Source of the DNA: Eledone cirrhosa
Lineage: Eukaryota
Assembly: GCA_964016885.1 (NCBI GenBank)
Contig: OZ024740.1
Coordinates: forward strand, 78,368,001-78,432,000
Length of the DNA stretch: 64,000 nucleotides
Direction of reading: 5' to 3'
Shown: piece after piece, positions 25,506 through 37,099 of the stretch
Position numbering within the stretch: the stretch's first letter is position 1
How the letters are laid out: every line of letters begins with the position of its first letter
The notes under the pieces: generated by a model
Told to the model about the DNA's origin: nothing
What the model saw: only the letters and a program-made list of their open reading frames with translations
The model's database searches: none
Program-made: the position numbers and the translations under genes

Positions 25506-27602
25506 TTACCGTACTTTTGGTAGAGGAGGGATGGTTTTTACATCCCTTTTCACTTGATCGTCTGGTGAAGGGACCGTTGAATCGTCCCTTCGGCTGGTCG
25601 TCGGCTCTTCTAAGAGAATGTCTGAATATACTCTTCGATTGATGGTTCCTCCTAGGTCCCTGAAATCACCAACTGCGTTGGGGAATTTCGTTTTAATGTT
25701 TGTGTATTGTTTCTGAGCTATTTTTAGCAGTCTTATGTTAGTTGGCGTTTTGATTGGTGCTGGTATTATGTAGTCCTGTTGTGAAATGTCTGTGTGTTCA
25801 ATTATGTAAGTCATTAGTTTCTTGTTGTGTGTGTTTATTGCCGTGCATTTGTTTTTCTGGGGGTGGGGTGTGGTTCTGCTATTTTCTTGTCGTTGTTGCT
25901 GGGTGTGTGTGTTTTGTTGTTGTGTTTGCGATGTTGGTGCTTGTGGTGGTGGTGTTGAAGGTGTTGTTGGCGGTGGGGTTGTCGCCGGTGGTGATGGTGG
26001 TGCTGGTGTGGGTGGTGATGGTGTTGGTGGTGTTGCTGCTGTGGGTCTCTTTGCTGTAGACTTTACCCTTTTCTCATTTCTTTCCTCCCTTTTCAAAGGC
26101 GACGATGCGCTGCTTCTGCGTTTGTGCCTTCTTGCGACCTTTTGCCATCCCTCTCCCACCTCACACTCCATGTCTGATTCTGTGAGGTCGGGGAGGGGTA
26201 CCAGCTCCACTCTTTCACTTGTTGTTGTTGGTGATGTTTGCACTGGAGTCTCTGTTGCAGCTGCATTTGGTATTGCTGTTGTTGTTGTTAATATTTCCAC
26301 TGCTGCTGCTGTTTTTGATTTCCGTGGAGTGGGTATGGGTGCCACGGACCTATCGTTCCTGGTTGCCGCTTGTCCTGTTGCTGGTAGCCGTGGAGCCGGA
26401 TTCGGAAGGAGGGGGGTTTTCTCCTTTCTCAGGGTCTTCTCGTTGCAGAAGGCCCTGAGGTGAGTCTTCGATCCACAGCGAAAGCATTTCGGGCGTTTGC
26501 CCTCAACACTTATGGGCAGTTGAGTGCCGTTATCGAAGTCTATCACATCCGGGATAGCTTCGATGCACTCCTGGTTGGTTTGGATTAGCATCTCAATGGA
26601 GGAGCCGACCCAATCTTCTCTTACTTTTTTCTGTACTTGCAGTACAGTTGTTTTGTCCTCGATTCCGACGAGGACAGACGCGGTCAGCCAAGAAGGGGTC
26701 ATTCCGGGGGGGACGTGGGTCAGTTTGACCCTCACAATTTTTTGCCCGCAGTAGGAGGGCACCAACACCATTTCCTCGCTCCTTAGGGTCACTACTGATT
26801 GGGCCTTTGCCTCCTGGGGTGTGGCAAAAAGTACGTCTACGGTGGCATATTTTTTGCCTCGGGTGATGTGCGTTTTCCGCTGCCACACAGACCCCAAGGC
26901 TTTTTGTATTTGGGCCTCTGTGGCTCTTTCCACCCTACGGGATTTTGTACTTACTGTACGGTACGTGACCGTACAGTGCTCTTGGGTTTCGAAAAATTTT
27001 TCCGCTGCCTTGCAGATTGCTCGGTGTCCGTTCTTTGTCACCATCTTCTTCGCTTCCTCTAATTCCTCATTTGTTATGAGGATTGTTTCCAAGTTTTTCG
27101 CAATACCTGCAAATGAGATTGGTTTTTCTCTGCTGTTGTTGTTGTCGTCAGAGCTGCTGGTACTTTTGTTGTTGCTGCAGGTACTACGACTACTGCCTCC
27201 GCCGCTGTTGCTGTGGTTGTTGTTGGTGTTGCTGCTGCTAATGCTGTTGTTGTTTATGCTGCTGGTGATGCTGTTGCGGCTGCTACTGTTGTTTTCATTG
27301 TCACTGTTGCTGTTGTTATTACGGCTGCTACTGCTATTATTCCTGACGTCAGACGAATGAACTGGGTTTTCGTATTTCCCGCACACCTGTTTCGTCGCTG
27401 TCGTCGTCGTCGTGGAGAAACCTTGCACGCTTTGCACGAGACTTTTCTTTTCTTTCGTCACTTGCGAAAGAGAAGGGAGGGAGAGAGACACATTTAAAGA
27501 AGGGAGGGAGAGAGACAATCTTCTCTCTGCTGTAGTGATGATTGAGGAAGAAGAAGACGGAATGAGTGGGAGTGACGTATGAAATTTCTTTTTCGTAGCC
27601 AT
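25506..27602 (-). CDS. Copy B ORF1 with zinc knuckle (698 aa)
   Basis: CFRCGSKTHLRAFC; uninterrupted frame. Confidence 0.9.
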   Translation of the reverse strand: MATKKKFHTSLPLIPSSSSSIITTAERRLSLSLPSLNVSLSLPSLSQVTKEKKSLVQSVQGFSTTTTTATKQVCGKYENPVHSSDVRNNSSSSRNNNSNSDNENNSSSRNSITSSINNNSISSSNTNNNHSNSGGGSSRSTCSNNKSTSSSDDNNNSREKPISFAGIAKNLETILITNEELEEAKKMVTKNGHRAICKAAEKFFETQEHCTVTYRTVSTKSRRVERATEAQIQKALGSVWQRKTHITRGKKYATVDVLFATPQEAKAQSVVTLRSEEMVLVPSYCGQKIVRVKLTHVPPGMTPSWLTASVLVGIEDKTTVLQVQKKVREDWVGSSIEMLIQTNQECIEAIPDVIDFDNGTQLPISVEGKRPKCFRCGSKTHLRAFCNEKTLRKEKTPLLPNPAPRLPATGQAATRNDRSVAPIPTPRKSKTAAAVEILTTTTAIPNAAATETPVQTSPTTTSERVELVPLPDLTESDMECEVGEGWQKVARRHKRRSSASSPLKREERNEKRVKSTAKRPTAATPPTPSPPTPAPPSPPATTPPPTTPSTPPPQAPTSQTQQQNTHTQQQRQENSRTTPHPQKNKCTAINTHNKKLMTYIIEHTDISQQDYIIPAPIKTPTNIRLLKIAQKQYTNIKTKFPNAVGDFRDLGGTINRRVYSDILLEEPTTSRRDDSTVPSPDDQVKRDVKTIPPLPKVR

Positions 27603-28085
27603 GTTGTTTTTTGTTTAAAATGAAATTTTGGGTACAAAACCCCAATAACTGGTTATTTAACCCCGAAGGGCCAAATAACGGACAGAAAGACCCCTCTCAC
27701 GAGGAGGAGGGTGTCTTTATCAACAATTTGGTTCAAGTTTTAAACAATTTACAATTGTTTTAACGGTTAAAAATTACTATACCTTACAGAGCCGAGCCTC
27801 CGTCAACCATGGCATTCAATAATAATAATAATAATAATAATGTTTTCTTTATTAACCACAAGGGTTTACATAAAGTAGACATTAAGGACAGTACAGGACA
27901 ATACAGGGCGGTACAAATGGGCATTTCTGCGTGTAAAAAAAACAGAGGTTGAAATAAAATAACAAAGAAAAATTCCCCAATAGGGGGAAGACTTCCGAGG
28001 GACATTTGTGGAGAAAGCCCATTAAAAGACCACAGTGGCCCTGACCACCAGGGCAAGTGCCCTCTCCCAGTTTTCCACCTTTAAT

Positions 28086-31051
28086 TTACAGACACATACT
28101 CAGAGAAGGCCCATTCATTCGGGCCATACTTGCTTCTCTCACCCATCTTTCAACAAAATGCTGGGAAGAGAGCACTTCCCTCTCTACCCTGATTTTCCTT
28201 TTCAAATGAAATTTGAAAAAGTTAATCAGGGCATCACCGAAGAGGTAAGTGCTCGTCTTCAGCCCTTTCAAACGTGTCCACCATACTATCTCTTTCGCCA
28301 TGGCCACCAGACAGATAAAAACTGCCTGCCCTTCCCGGCTAAAGGAAGAGGGCGGGGCAATCCTCACGATGGACTCAGCTGATAGCTGGATCCGTCCTAC
28401 ACGTGACAGCAGGTGTTCGACATAAACCCACAAGTCAGCAATGCTCGGACACTAGACGAGTGCGTGCAGGACGGTTTCGTCGCCCTGCGCGCATCTCGGA
28501 CATGCCCGGCTGATGGCACCTCCATGCCTGTACAGTTTATCCCGAACTGGCAAAGCTCCTCGGTAGCACTGCCAGGCCAGGGATTTCTGGAAGTTGTCCA
28601 TAGGCCCCGGCCCGAAAGTCCTTCCGAAGAGATTGGCTAGTTGATTTTCGTCGACGCCTAGAGTTTCTCCAAGTACGTCGTCGCTCTTCCCCTCCACTAA
28701 TCCCCTATTTCTGGGTGAGAGAAGCCACCCTGCTCGTCACCTCGTCCCAGTTTTTGTCCGTCTGGAGGTCTGGACCTAACCAGACCCCTAGCAATTTAAC
28801 CGGTCCGTCCGTCCAGCGCCCGACGACGCTGTTGGACGGCATGGACCTGCCTCTCCAGGTGCCGAGCTGCAGGCCCACTGACTTTTCCTGGTTGATCATT
28901 GCTCCTGTCACCGCTTCGTATTCTCTTAGTGTGGTGCCGATCGCCTCGATGTGTTTGGCGTTCGACACCACTACGGTGACATCGTCGGCATATGCTGACA
29001 CGGATCTTCCGCATCCTAGTTCGCGCGGGATCCCCCTCAACGTCTCCAGTTTGTGCAGTAATGGCTCGAGAGTCAATACGTACAATAGGGACGAGAGGGG
29101 ACATCCTTGGCGGACCGAGCGCATGATGTTGAACGGTTCCGAAAGGTGACCGTTCACTCTCACTACAGAGCAGATGTTGCTGTGCATGGCAGCGATCCAG
29201 CCTCTGAAGACGGGCCCAAAGCCAGCCGCCCTCAGGACTGCCGCTAGGTAACGATGGTCGACCCTATCGAAGGCTTTCGACTGATCTAAATTGATCAAAG
29301 ACCCACCCGTGCTAGGTTCTCTAGCTACCCTCTCTACGATGTATCGCATGAGGTGGAGGTTGTCGTGGATAGATCTGTCGGGAATGGCGCATGTCTGTGC
29401 CTCTCCCACCAGACCACCAACGACAATCGCCAACCTCTTTGCTAGCACCTTGGCCAAAATCTTGAACTCTGTGTTTAGAAGAGTTATGGGCCTAAAATTA
29501 CCTATGTTATCCCCCTTGCTCGGATACTTTCTCAGCAGCGCCACCGCTCCTCGGCTCACAGAGCTGGGAATTCTCCCGTTCTGTTGCCAGTTGCAGTAGA
29601 CGTCCGCCAAGAGGCCTCCGAACAAGTTTGGCATTTGTACGTAAAGTTCATAGGGCAGACCATCCAAACCAGGCGATTTACCCCTTGTGCAGCCAGTCAT
29701 TGCCTCTCTTACTTCAGCGGCTGTTATCGGCTTTTCGCAACACTTCGCCTCAGTGGCCGTAAGCCGCGGCAGTCCGTCGAGGTAGACACTAAAGTCCATC
29801 CCTCGATCCGGCCCGCCACTGCCCCCGAACAGTTGAGCGAAGTGTCGCTGAAAAGCTTCACACATTTGCCCGGGATCGAGTAGCATGCGCCCGTCGTGGT
29901 CCACCAAAGACCGGATCGTGGCTTTGTTGCCACGATGCGCCTCCGCCACTCGGGCCCATTGAACGGCTTTCGTCCTCTCGTGTCTGAGAGCACGCACCCT
30001 AGCTCTGACAACGCAGCCTTCGTGCTTTGCATTGAAGAATTGGTCAAGGGCCAATTTCGCCGCAAGTACGTCGGTCGCGATGCCTTTGCTAAGCGCCTCA
30101 TCTAATTTTCTAACTAGTTCTCCCTCTGCTCTATTTTTCTCTATTGCTAAAGTCTTACTAAACCTAATGGACTCTATTCTAATTGCTCTTTTCAGAGCAA
30201 ACCACCACTTGTTGTTGACGATGGCCCCCGTCAACGCCCGCTTAACTAGTTCGCTAATCCGGTCTCTGTAGGCCTTGCGCGCTGGTAAGGACGCGTTTAG
30301 CTTCCAGTAGCCGGGTCCTCGCCTATGAAGCCTATCTAAGTCAAGCACACAGATCACGAATTTGTGGTCCGTGTAGCTGACTATCTTGAATTGTGAATTG
30401 TGGACAGCCTATGCTAGACCTATCTATTTCCCTACAAAATACTCTATCTAGATATGATCTGGATGACCCTATGCGATTTGTCCAAGTCCGCATTGGTACA
30501 TTCGGGAAATCCATTCGGTACCTGTCAGAGAGTTCAAAACGTCTGAGCAGGTTGGTGAGACTCTTGCACCCTCCTTCCCTATCCACTAATCCCACACAAT
30601 CCCAGCGTCCATCTAAGATCCCGTTCCAGTCGCCCACTAACACTAAAGAGCGGGACGTTTCAAGAAAGGTCTCCAGACGCCGGAAGAAATCAGGCCGCCC
30701 TGCTCCTGTCGGGGCATAGACGGCCACTAACCTGAAAGCTTGCCCGTCTCCGCTGGTCACGTCCAGCACCACCAACTTACCTTCTGGGTCCAGGAAGATG
30801 GCCCGTATGGCAAGATCCAAACCTCTCCGAAAAAGCACAGCAACTCCTCCCCCCGATCCCGGACGGCTGGGAGATGCGTACACATCGTAGCCGCCGAAGA
30901 TCGGTGCGAAAGCCTGTGCTTCGGAGATTCTGGTCTCGCTGATGGCCACTACATCTATGTTTAGTGACCTGAGGTCGTTGAGCAGGTGGCCCTGCTTCCA
31001 TGACGACCCCAAGCCACGCGCATTTATGCTGCCTATTCTGAGTGAAGTAAT
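28086..31051 (-). pseudogene. Copy C ORF2, disrupted
   Basis: Start codon reads ATT; 7-nt duplication at ~30390; ~460-bp deletion at ~28704; nonsense codon at 28452. Confidence 0.9.
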
Positions 31052-31085
31052 GTTGAAAAGGAGTGGAAAAGATGGGAAAGACCAC

Positions 31086-33076
31086 TTACCTTACTTCTCG
31101 TAGGGGAAGGACGGTTTTTCCATCCTTTTCACTGCTTGTGGCCTCCTCAGGAAAGATGTCCTTATAAATCCTCCTGGAGAGTGCTTGTCAGAAGTCTCCG
31201 ATGTCTTTGGGGAATTTTTGTTTTAGTGTCATGTACGTTTTCTGTGTGATGCGAGTGATTTGTATGTGTGGAGGTGGTGTGAATTTTGGGGTTGTTGTGT
31301 AGTCTTTTTCTGTGATGCTGGTGTTGTGTTGGATGTAGTGTAATAATTGCTTGTTGTTCAAATTTAATGCTGTGTAGTGTGTATCGTTTTGGTTGTTTTG
31401 TTTTGTTTGCGTTTGTTGTGGGTTTGTTTCTGTTTCGCATTTTGGTGACTTTTGTGGTGTAAGTGATGGTGGTGTTGGAGTTAATGATGGTGATGGTGTT
31501 GGTGTTTGGGTTGATGGGGTTGGTGATGCTGGTGTGGATGGTGGCATATCTGTCCTAACTTTTTTGTTTCTTAGTTTATTTGTTTCCCTCTGTATTTTGT
31601 TTTTGGAGGGGGAAGGAAGAGAATTTTTTCTTTTTTGGTTTCTTTTTTTTTTCCGGATATCGTTTCCCACTCCTCGTCGTCACAATCTGTCTCCAGTTGT
31701 GATAGGCCGGGGAGTGGAAAATCCTCCACAGGCGTTAGTTTTGGTTGTGGCGTGGTGGATGGTGTAGGCGCTGGTGCTAGTTCTGAAGCGTTGGGTGGTG
31801 GTGGTGTTGGTTTTGCTGGTGGTGGTGGTGGTGTTGGTTTTGCTACTGTTGCTGGGGTTGTTGCTGTTATAGTTGCTTCTGTTGTTGCTGCTACAGTTGT
31901 TGCTGCCATCTCTGCTACTGGTGGTGTTGATGGTTGTGTCACTGGGGTGGGTAGTAGAGGTGGCCTCAACCTTTTAGCCTGAGGGAAGAAAGCCCTTAGG
32001 TGGGTTCCTTCACCACAAACGACACACCTAGGTCTTCTGCCCTCGACAATTACCGTGAGGTGGCTGCCGTCAGTGAGGTCTATTACCTCTGGGATCTCCT
32101 CAATGCTTTTTTGGTCCGCTTGGATCAGGAGCTCCATCCCAGATCCGGACCAGTTCTCCTGCTTTTCTTTTGCTATTGCTATTATTTTTGTGTTGGCTTC
32201 GATGCCGGCGAGGACAGCCGATATTAGCCAGGGAATTTCGATGGCCGGTGGAACGTGGGTCACCCTGATATTTACGAGTCTCTGGCCACAATAGCTTGGG
32301 ACGAGTGTGAAGTCGTCACTTCTTAATGGGGCCATGGAGCGTTCTCTAGCCTCCTCTGGTGTTTCAAAGAACACGTCCACGGTTCCATACTTCTGCCCAC
32401 GTCTGATGTGGGTTTTTCTTGCCCACACATGTCCCAAAGCTTTTTGGATTTGGGACTCGGATGCCCGTTCCACTCGGCGCGATTTTACATTTATCGTTCG
32501 ATACGACACGGTGCATAGGCGCCGATGCTCCATTTTATTAGGGGGGGGGCTGACTCTGTACCCATCTTTCTTTACCATTTGTTTGGCATTTTCTAAATCC
32601 TCCTGAGTTACCGTAAATGCTTCGAACTGTTTTGCTACTATTGCAAAACTGAGGGTCGTTTTTATAATGTCATTGTTGTTGTTGTTGCTATCGTTATTTG
32701 TGTTAATATTAATTTTAGTTTCAGTTGTGGTGGTGGTGACGTCAGTCGTCTTTGGTGGGGAAGAGTCCATTTTGCTTGATTTCATTTCGACATCACGAGT
32801 TAATTTATTTTTTTCTTCTTTTGTTTCTGTTGTCGCGGTGGTGGTGGGGGTGGTGGTTGTCGCGGTGGTGGTGGTGGTGGTGGAGGCTTTAACACCTGCA
32901 GTCATTGGTAATGGCGGGAAATGAATGTCTGCCTGAGACAAATTTAAAATATTGCTACTGCTTATATTTTTTTTTGTATTGGCAAACGTAGTAACATTTA
33001 CAATGGTGGTGTCGGTGTGAGGTGTTAATTTGTGAGGAAGGCTTTCAGCTGCTTGGTGCAGAGGTGAATTAGCCAT
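31086..33076 (-). pseudogene. Copy C ORF1, disrupted
   Basis: CVVCGEGTHLRAFF knuckle; frameshift in a homopolymer at ~31645; TGA at 31188; frame resumes LSRRIYKDIFPEE..PLREVR*. Confidence 0.85.
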
Positions 33077-33263
33077 TTTTTTCAAAGAAATTTTTTGATA
33101 ATAATAAAAGTTTAAATTTTGGGCACAAGGCCGCAATCTTTTTGGGAAACAATGGACACCCAACAGTTAACAATAAAATTTTCCATAAATGACAATTTTT
33201 AACAAACGGAAATAACAAACCTTTGCGGAGCTCACGATGATACGATTTACTACGTAGGTCGCC

Positions 33264-33325
<62 letters not shown>

Positions 33326-36300
33326 GGTATGAAGTCCTGGGAAACAGAGTTAACATCAACTGGAGAATCCTTGGGAAGCGTGAAGATCAAGAGAGGTATC
33401 TTCCAGGGGGATAGTCTGTCCCCTCTGTTGTTTGTCCTTGCCCTGATGCCCCTGACCAGTGTATTGCGAAAAGTGAGAGCAGGATACAGAGATACGGCCA
33501 CTGAGGAGATGAATGCTGACGGGCTAGGACAAGATTTGGTAGATATCCTAAACTTAGTGGTAGATGAATTGAACAATGATAGTGGGAGACCTATGAACCT
33601 AAGATTTGTAGACAGGAAAAAGTTAAAAGAAACAACAGCTAAGGTAAACAAAGTCATCCCATACCTTGAGGCGAGGAGCCTTCACCAGTGCAACAATATC
33701 CTCAAAGCAACAGCAAATACGGTGAGGAAACTACTTGGTATAAAAGCGAGAGGAAACAACAGACAAGAAAGAGCAGAGCCTTGGTGGAAGAAACGACTGA
33801 GTGGTCAAATCAGGGAAATGAGAAATGACATTGGAAAGCTTGAGTCCCTACTGAATGGGACACTAAAAAACATAGACACTAAAAATAGACTGGAAATAAA
33901 GTACAAAACTAGGATGAAAAAGCTAAATATTATCATAGAGGAACTGAAGTAACGCATTGTAGCAAAAAGTGCAAAAATCAGGCGATACGAGAACAGAGTC
34001 AGCCAGTATAGACAGAACCGCATGTTCGACAATAACCAGAAGATGCTGTTTGGACAGCTTGAAGGGAAAGAAAGAGGCAACGACTTGATCCCTGAGGCGG
34101 AACAAACTAAAACATTCTGGAGAGGAATATGGGAGCAGGATGTTAAACATAATGACCAGGCAGTGTGGATTGAGACAGTACAGAAGGAGATCAGTGAACA
34201 GGCACGCCAACAAACTGATTTGAGTATCACAGTTGAAACTCTTAAGGGGCAGGCCAAAAAACTAACCAACTGGAAATCACCTGGCCCAGATGGTGTGCAG
34301 GGGTATTGGATTAAAAACATAACATCCCTCCACCCGAAACTGACAACCATGTTCAATGACTGCTTGATGTCAGGTGAGGTACCAGAGTGGTTGACAAAAG
34401 GTACCACAGTTCTGATAATGAAAGACCGAATCAAGGGTAATGATGTTACCAACTATAGACCTATCACATGTCTGTCCGTAATGTGGAAACTGTTGACAAG
34501 CATTATGTCTGAGGAAATCTACCATCACCTCCACACAAACAACTTGTTACCGGACGAACAGAAAGGATGCCGAAAGAAGTCACGTGGTACAAAGGACCAG
34601 TTACTTATTGATAAGATGGTAATGAGGAATTGCAAGAGGAGACACACTGGTCTTGCCATGGGATGGATAGACTACAAAAAGGCATTTGACATGGTGCCTC
34701 ATTCTTGGATCACCAAAAGCCTGGAGATCTTCAAGGTGGCAGATAACATCAGACAGTTGTTGGGCAAAAGTATGAAGTCCTGGGAAACAGAGTTAACATC
34801 AATTGGAGAATCCTTGGGAAGCGTGAAGATCAAGAGAGGTATCTTCCAGGCAGATAGTCTGTCCCCTCTGTTGTTTGTCCTTGCCCTGATGCCCCTGACC
34901 AGTGTACTGCGAAAAGTGAGAGCAGGATACAGGTTGGGAAAGGGAGGGCTTACCATCAATCACCTCCTCTTCATGGACGATCTTAAGCTCTTCGGGAAGA
35001 GTGAGAAGGAGTTGGATGTGCTTGTTGACAATGTCCGTATTTTCAGCAATGATATATGTATGCAATTTGGTATTAGTAAGTGTGGAGTCATTGAGATGAG
35101 GAGGGGTAAGTTGAGCAGAAGTAACGGAATCCAGATACCAACAGGTGAGATGATAAAAGAAATTGACTCTGAAGAAGGATACAAGTATTTGGGCGTTCTG
35201 GAGGCTGATGACATCAAGAACAAAAAAATGAAGGAATTGATAAGAACTGAATACCTTCGGAGAGTAAGGAGCGTATTAAAGTCACATCTGAACAGTAGGA
35301 ATGCCATAAGTGCAGTAAATTCCCGAGCTGTGTCTATTATTAGGTACAGTGCGGGAATTCTGAGATGGAATGTTGCTGAACAAAAAGAAATGGATAGGAA
35401 GACTAGGAAGCTATTGACTATCTACAATATGTTCCACAAGAGGAGTGATGTCGATAGACTCTACTTAAGGAGATCTGAGGGTGGAAGAGGTCTTATCAGC
35501 ATAGAGGACTGTGTTCAGATGGAGAAAAACAACCTACACAAATACGTGACTGATAGTAAGGAGCCAATGCTCAGAGCTGTACTGAAGGAGAGGACAATAG
35601 GCCAGGGGATGTCCAAGGAGGAAATAACATCAAGGAGAAAGAGCAGCCTTCAGGGAAAACCCCTTCATAGTACCTTCTTTGAGAAAACTGAATTTAGAGA
35701 TCCACAGACATGGAACTGGTTGAAAAGAGGAGACCTTAAAAAGGCTACAGAAGGAATGTTAATGGCTGCGCAGGAGCAGGCCCTCAAAACGAAGTGGTTG
35801 AAACACCACATTTACAAGGAGGAGGCTAGCCCACTGTGCAGGATCTGTGGAGAGAGAGAGGAGACTGTGGCTCACATTGTATCCGAGTGTAAACACCTAG
35901 CCCAGACTCACTATAAGGGCTGGAGACATGATGTGATGGGCAGGGTGATCCACTGGCACCCATGCAAAGTAAACAATTTACCACATTCTGAGAAGTGGTA
36001 TGAGCATAAGCCAGAGGCGGTGATAGAAAACGATCAGGTGAAAGTGCTGTGGGATTTTAGGATACAGACAGACAAGAAACTGGAACACAATAGACCTGAC
36101 CTGGTGGTTTTGGACAAAGAAAAAAGATCGTGTCTGATTGTGGATGTGGCCTGCCTATTCGACACGAGAGTGCAAGAGAAGGAGAGGGAGAAAATTAACC
36201 GATACCAGGACTTAAAGTGGGAGGTAAAAAGGATTTGGAACTGCCATGAAACCAAAGTGATCCCGATTGTCATAGGCGCACTAGGGACTATCTCAAAAAG

Positions 36301-36484
36301 TTTCCAGGGATGGTTAAAGAAAATTGGCCCCTTCACGCTTTTTGGAACGCTTCAAAAGGCATGCTTGCTGGGAACAGCAAGAACCCTCCAATACGTCCTG
36401 AATATCTGAGGCTGCAGGTAGTGGCTTGATATTCATCTCAACAAACTTTTCAGTTAACTAACATCAATGACTGAGTCTCAAAGA

Positions 36485-36485
<1 letters not shown>
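33326..36485 (+). mobile_element. R4/Dong-clade LINE family 1, 5'-truncated (RT - CCHC - REL endonuclease)
   Basis: WKSPGPDG, YRPITCL, DYKKAFD, LFMDDLKL, CRICG..HIVSEC, RHD, RPDL; in-frame stop at 33950; (TAA)n on both sides. Confidence 0.95.
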
Positions 36486-36516
<31 letters not shown>

Positions 36517-37099
36517 TTTATTCACGCCTAGTGAAATAAATGATAAGAAGAAAAACTTCAATAATAGTATTATTTTTAAAAAATACAATTTCGATACTCC
36601 ATCATCTTTAATTTAGAAATACATTATCTGATATACTCTTTTTTAAGACGGTATAGTATGTAAGCTTTTATTTGAGGGAAATTTGGCTCTTATTTTCAAA
36701 AGGGCGAGGGATTACTAAAGAGCTCTCTCGATGGCTCGTCTTTACCTTGTTTTCTTTTGTGGGAAAGTGTATTGTTGTACTGGAACTTAATGTCTTCATA
36801 GGCATCTCTTCACCAGGATAGGACGACAGTCTCGTGTATATTTTCTCCAATATAATTTGAGCAAGTATGTGCTCATCAAAACGTGTCACTAACATGTACT
36901 TACGATATAATTTAAGGTTGGCAGAGTCCCGTGAGGTAGAATATTTGATGTAGTGGGTATCACTGGCTGTTCTCCGTGACGATGCTTTCGCCATCTTGTC
37001 CACGGGTAGCAACTAGGATACATTGTCTAGTCAAGAGTGTAGTTTTTCATTTCCCTATTTCCTCCTTTTTTCAGTTTTTCTTCCAACGTCATAATACCA

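Larger units (their letters stand above)
21682..27817 (-). mobile_element. Tx1-clade LINE copy B, full-length, with duplicated 130-bp 3' end
   Basis: Bounded by (AAT)8 on both sides; 21682-21811 repeats 21812-21942. Confidence 0.95.
27842..33263 (-). mobile_element. Tx1-clade LINE copy C, both ends present, defective
   Basis: Bounded by (AAT)n; ORF2 and 3'UTR very similar to B. Confidence 0.95.

Noticed and set aside
22061-31050. A-to-G bias between Tx1 copies B and C
   Set aside because: Spot comparison showed mixed substitution types without clear clustering; not counted exhaustively.
16283-32924. Plus-strand ORFs overlapping the Tx1 elements
   Set aside because: Antisense shadows of GC-rich or low-complexity coding sequence; no motifs.
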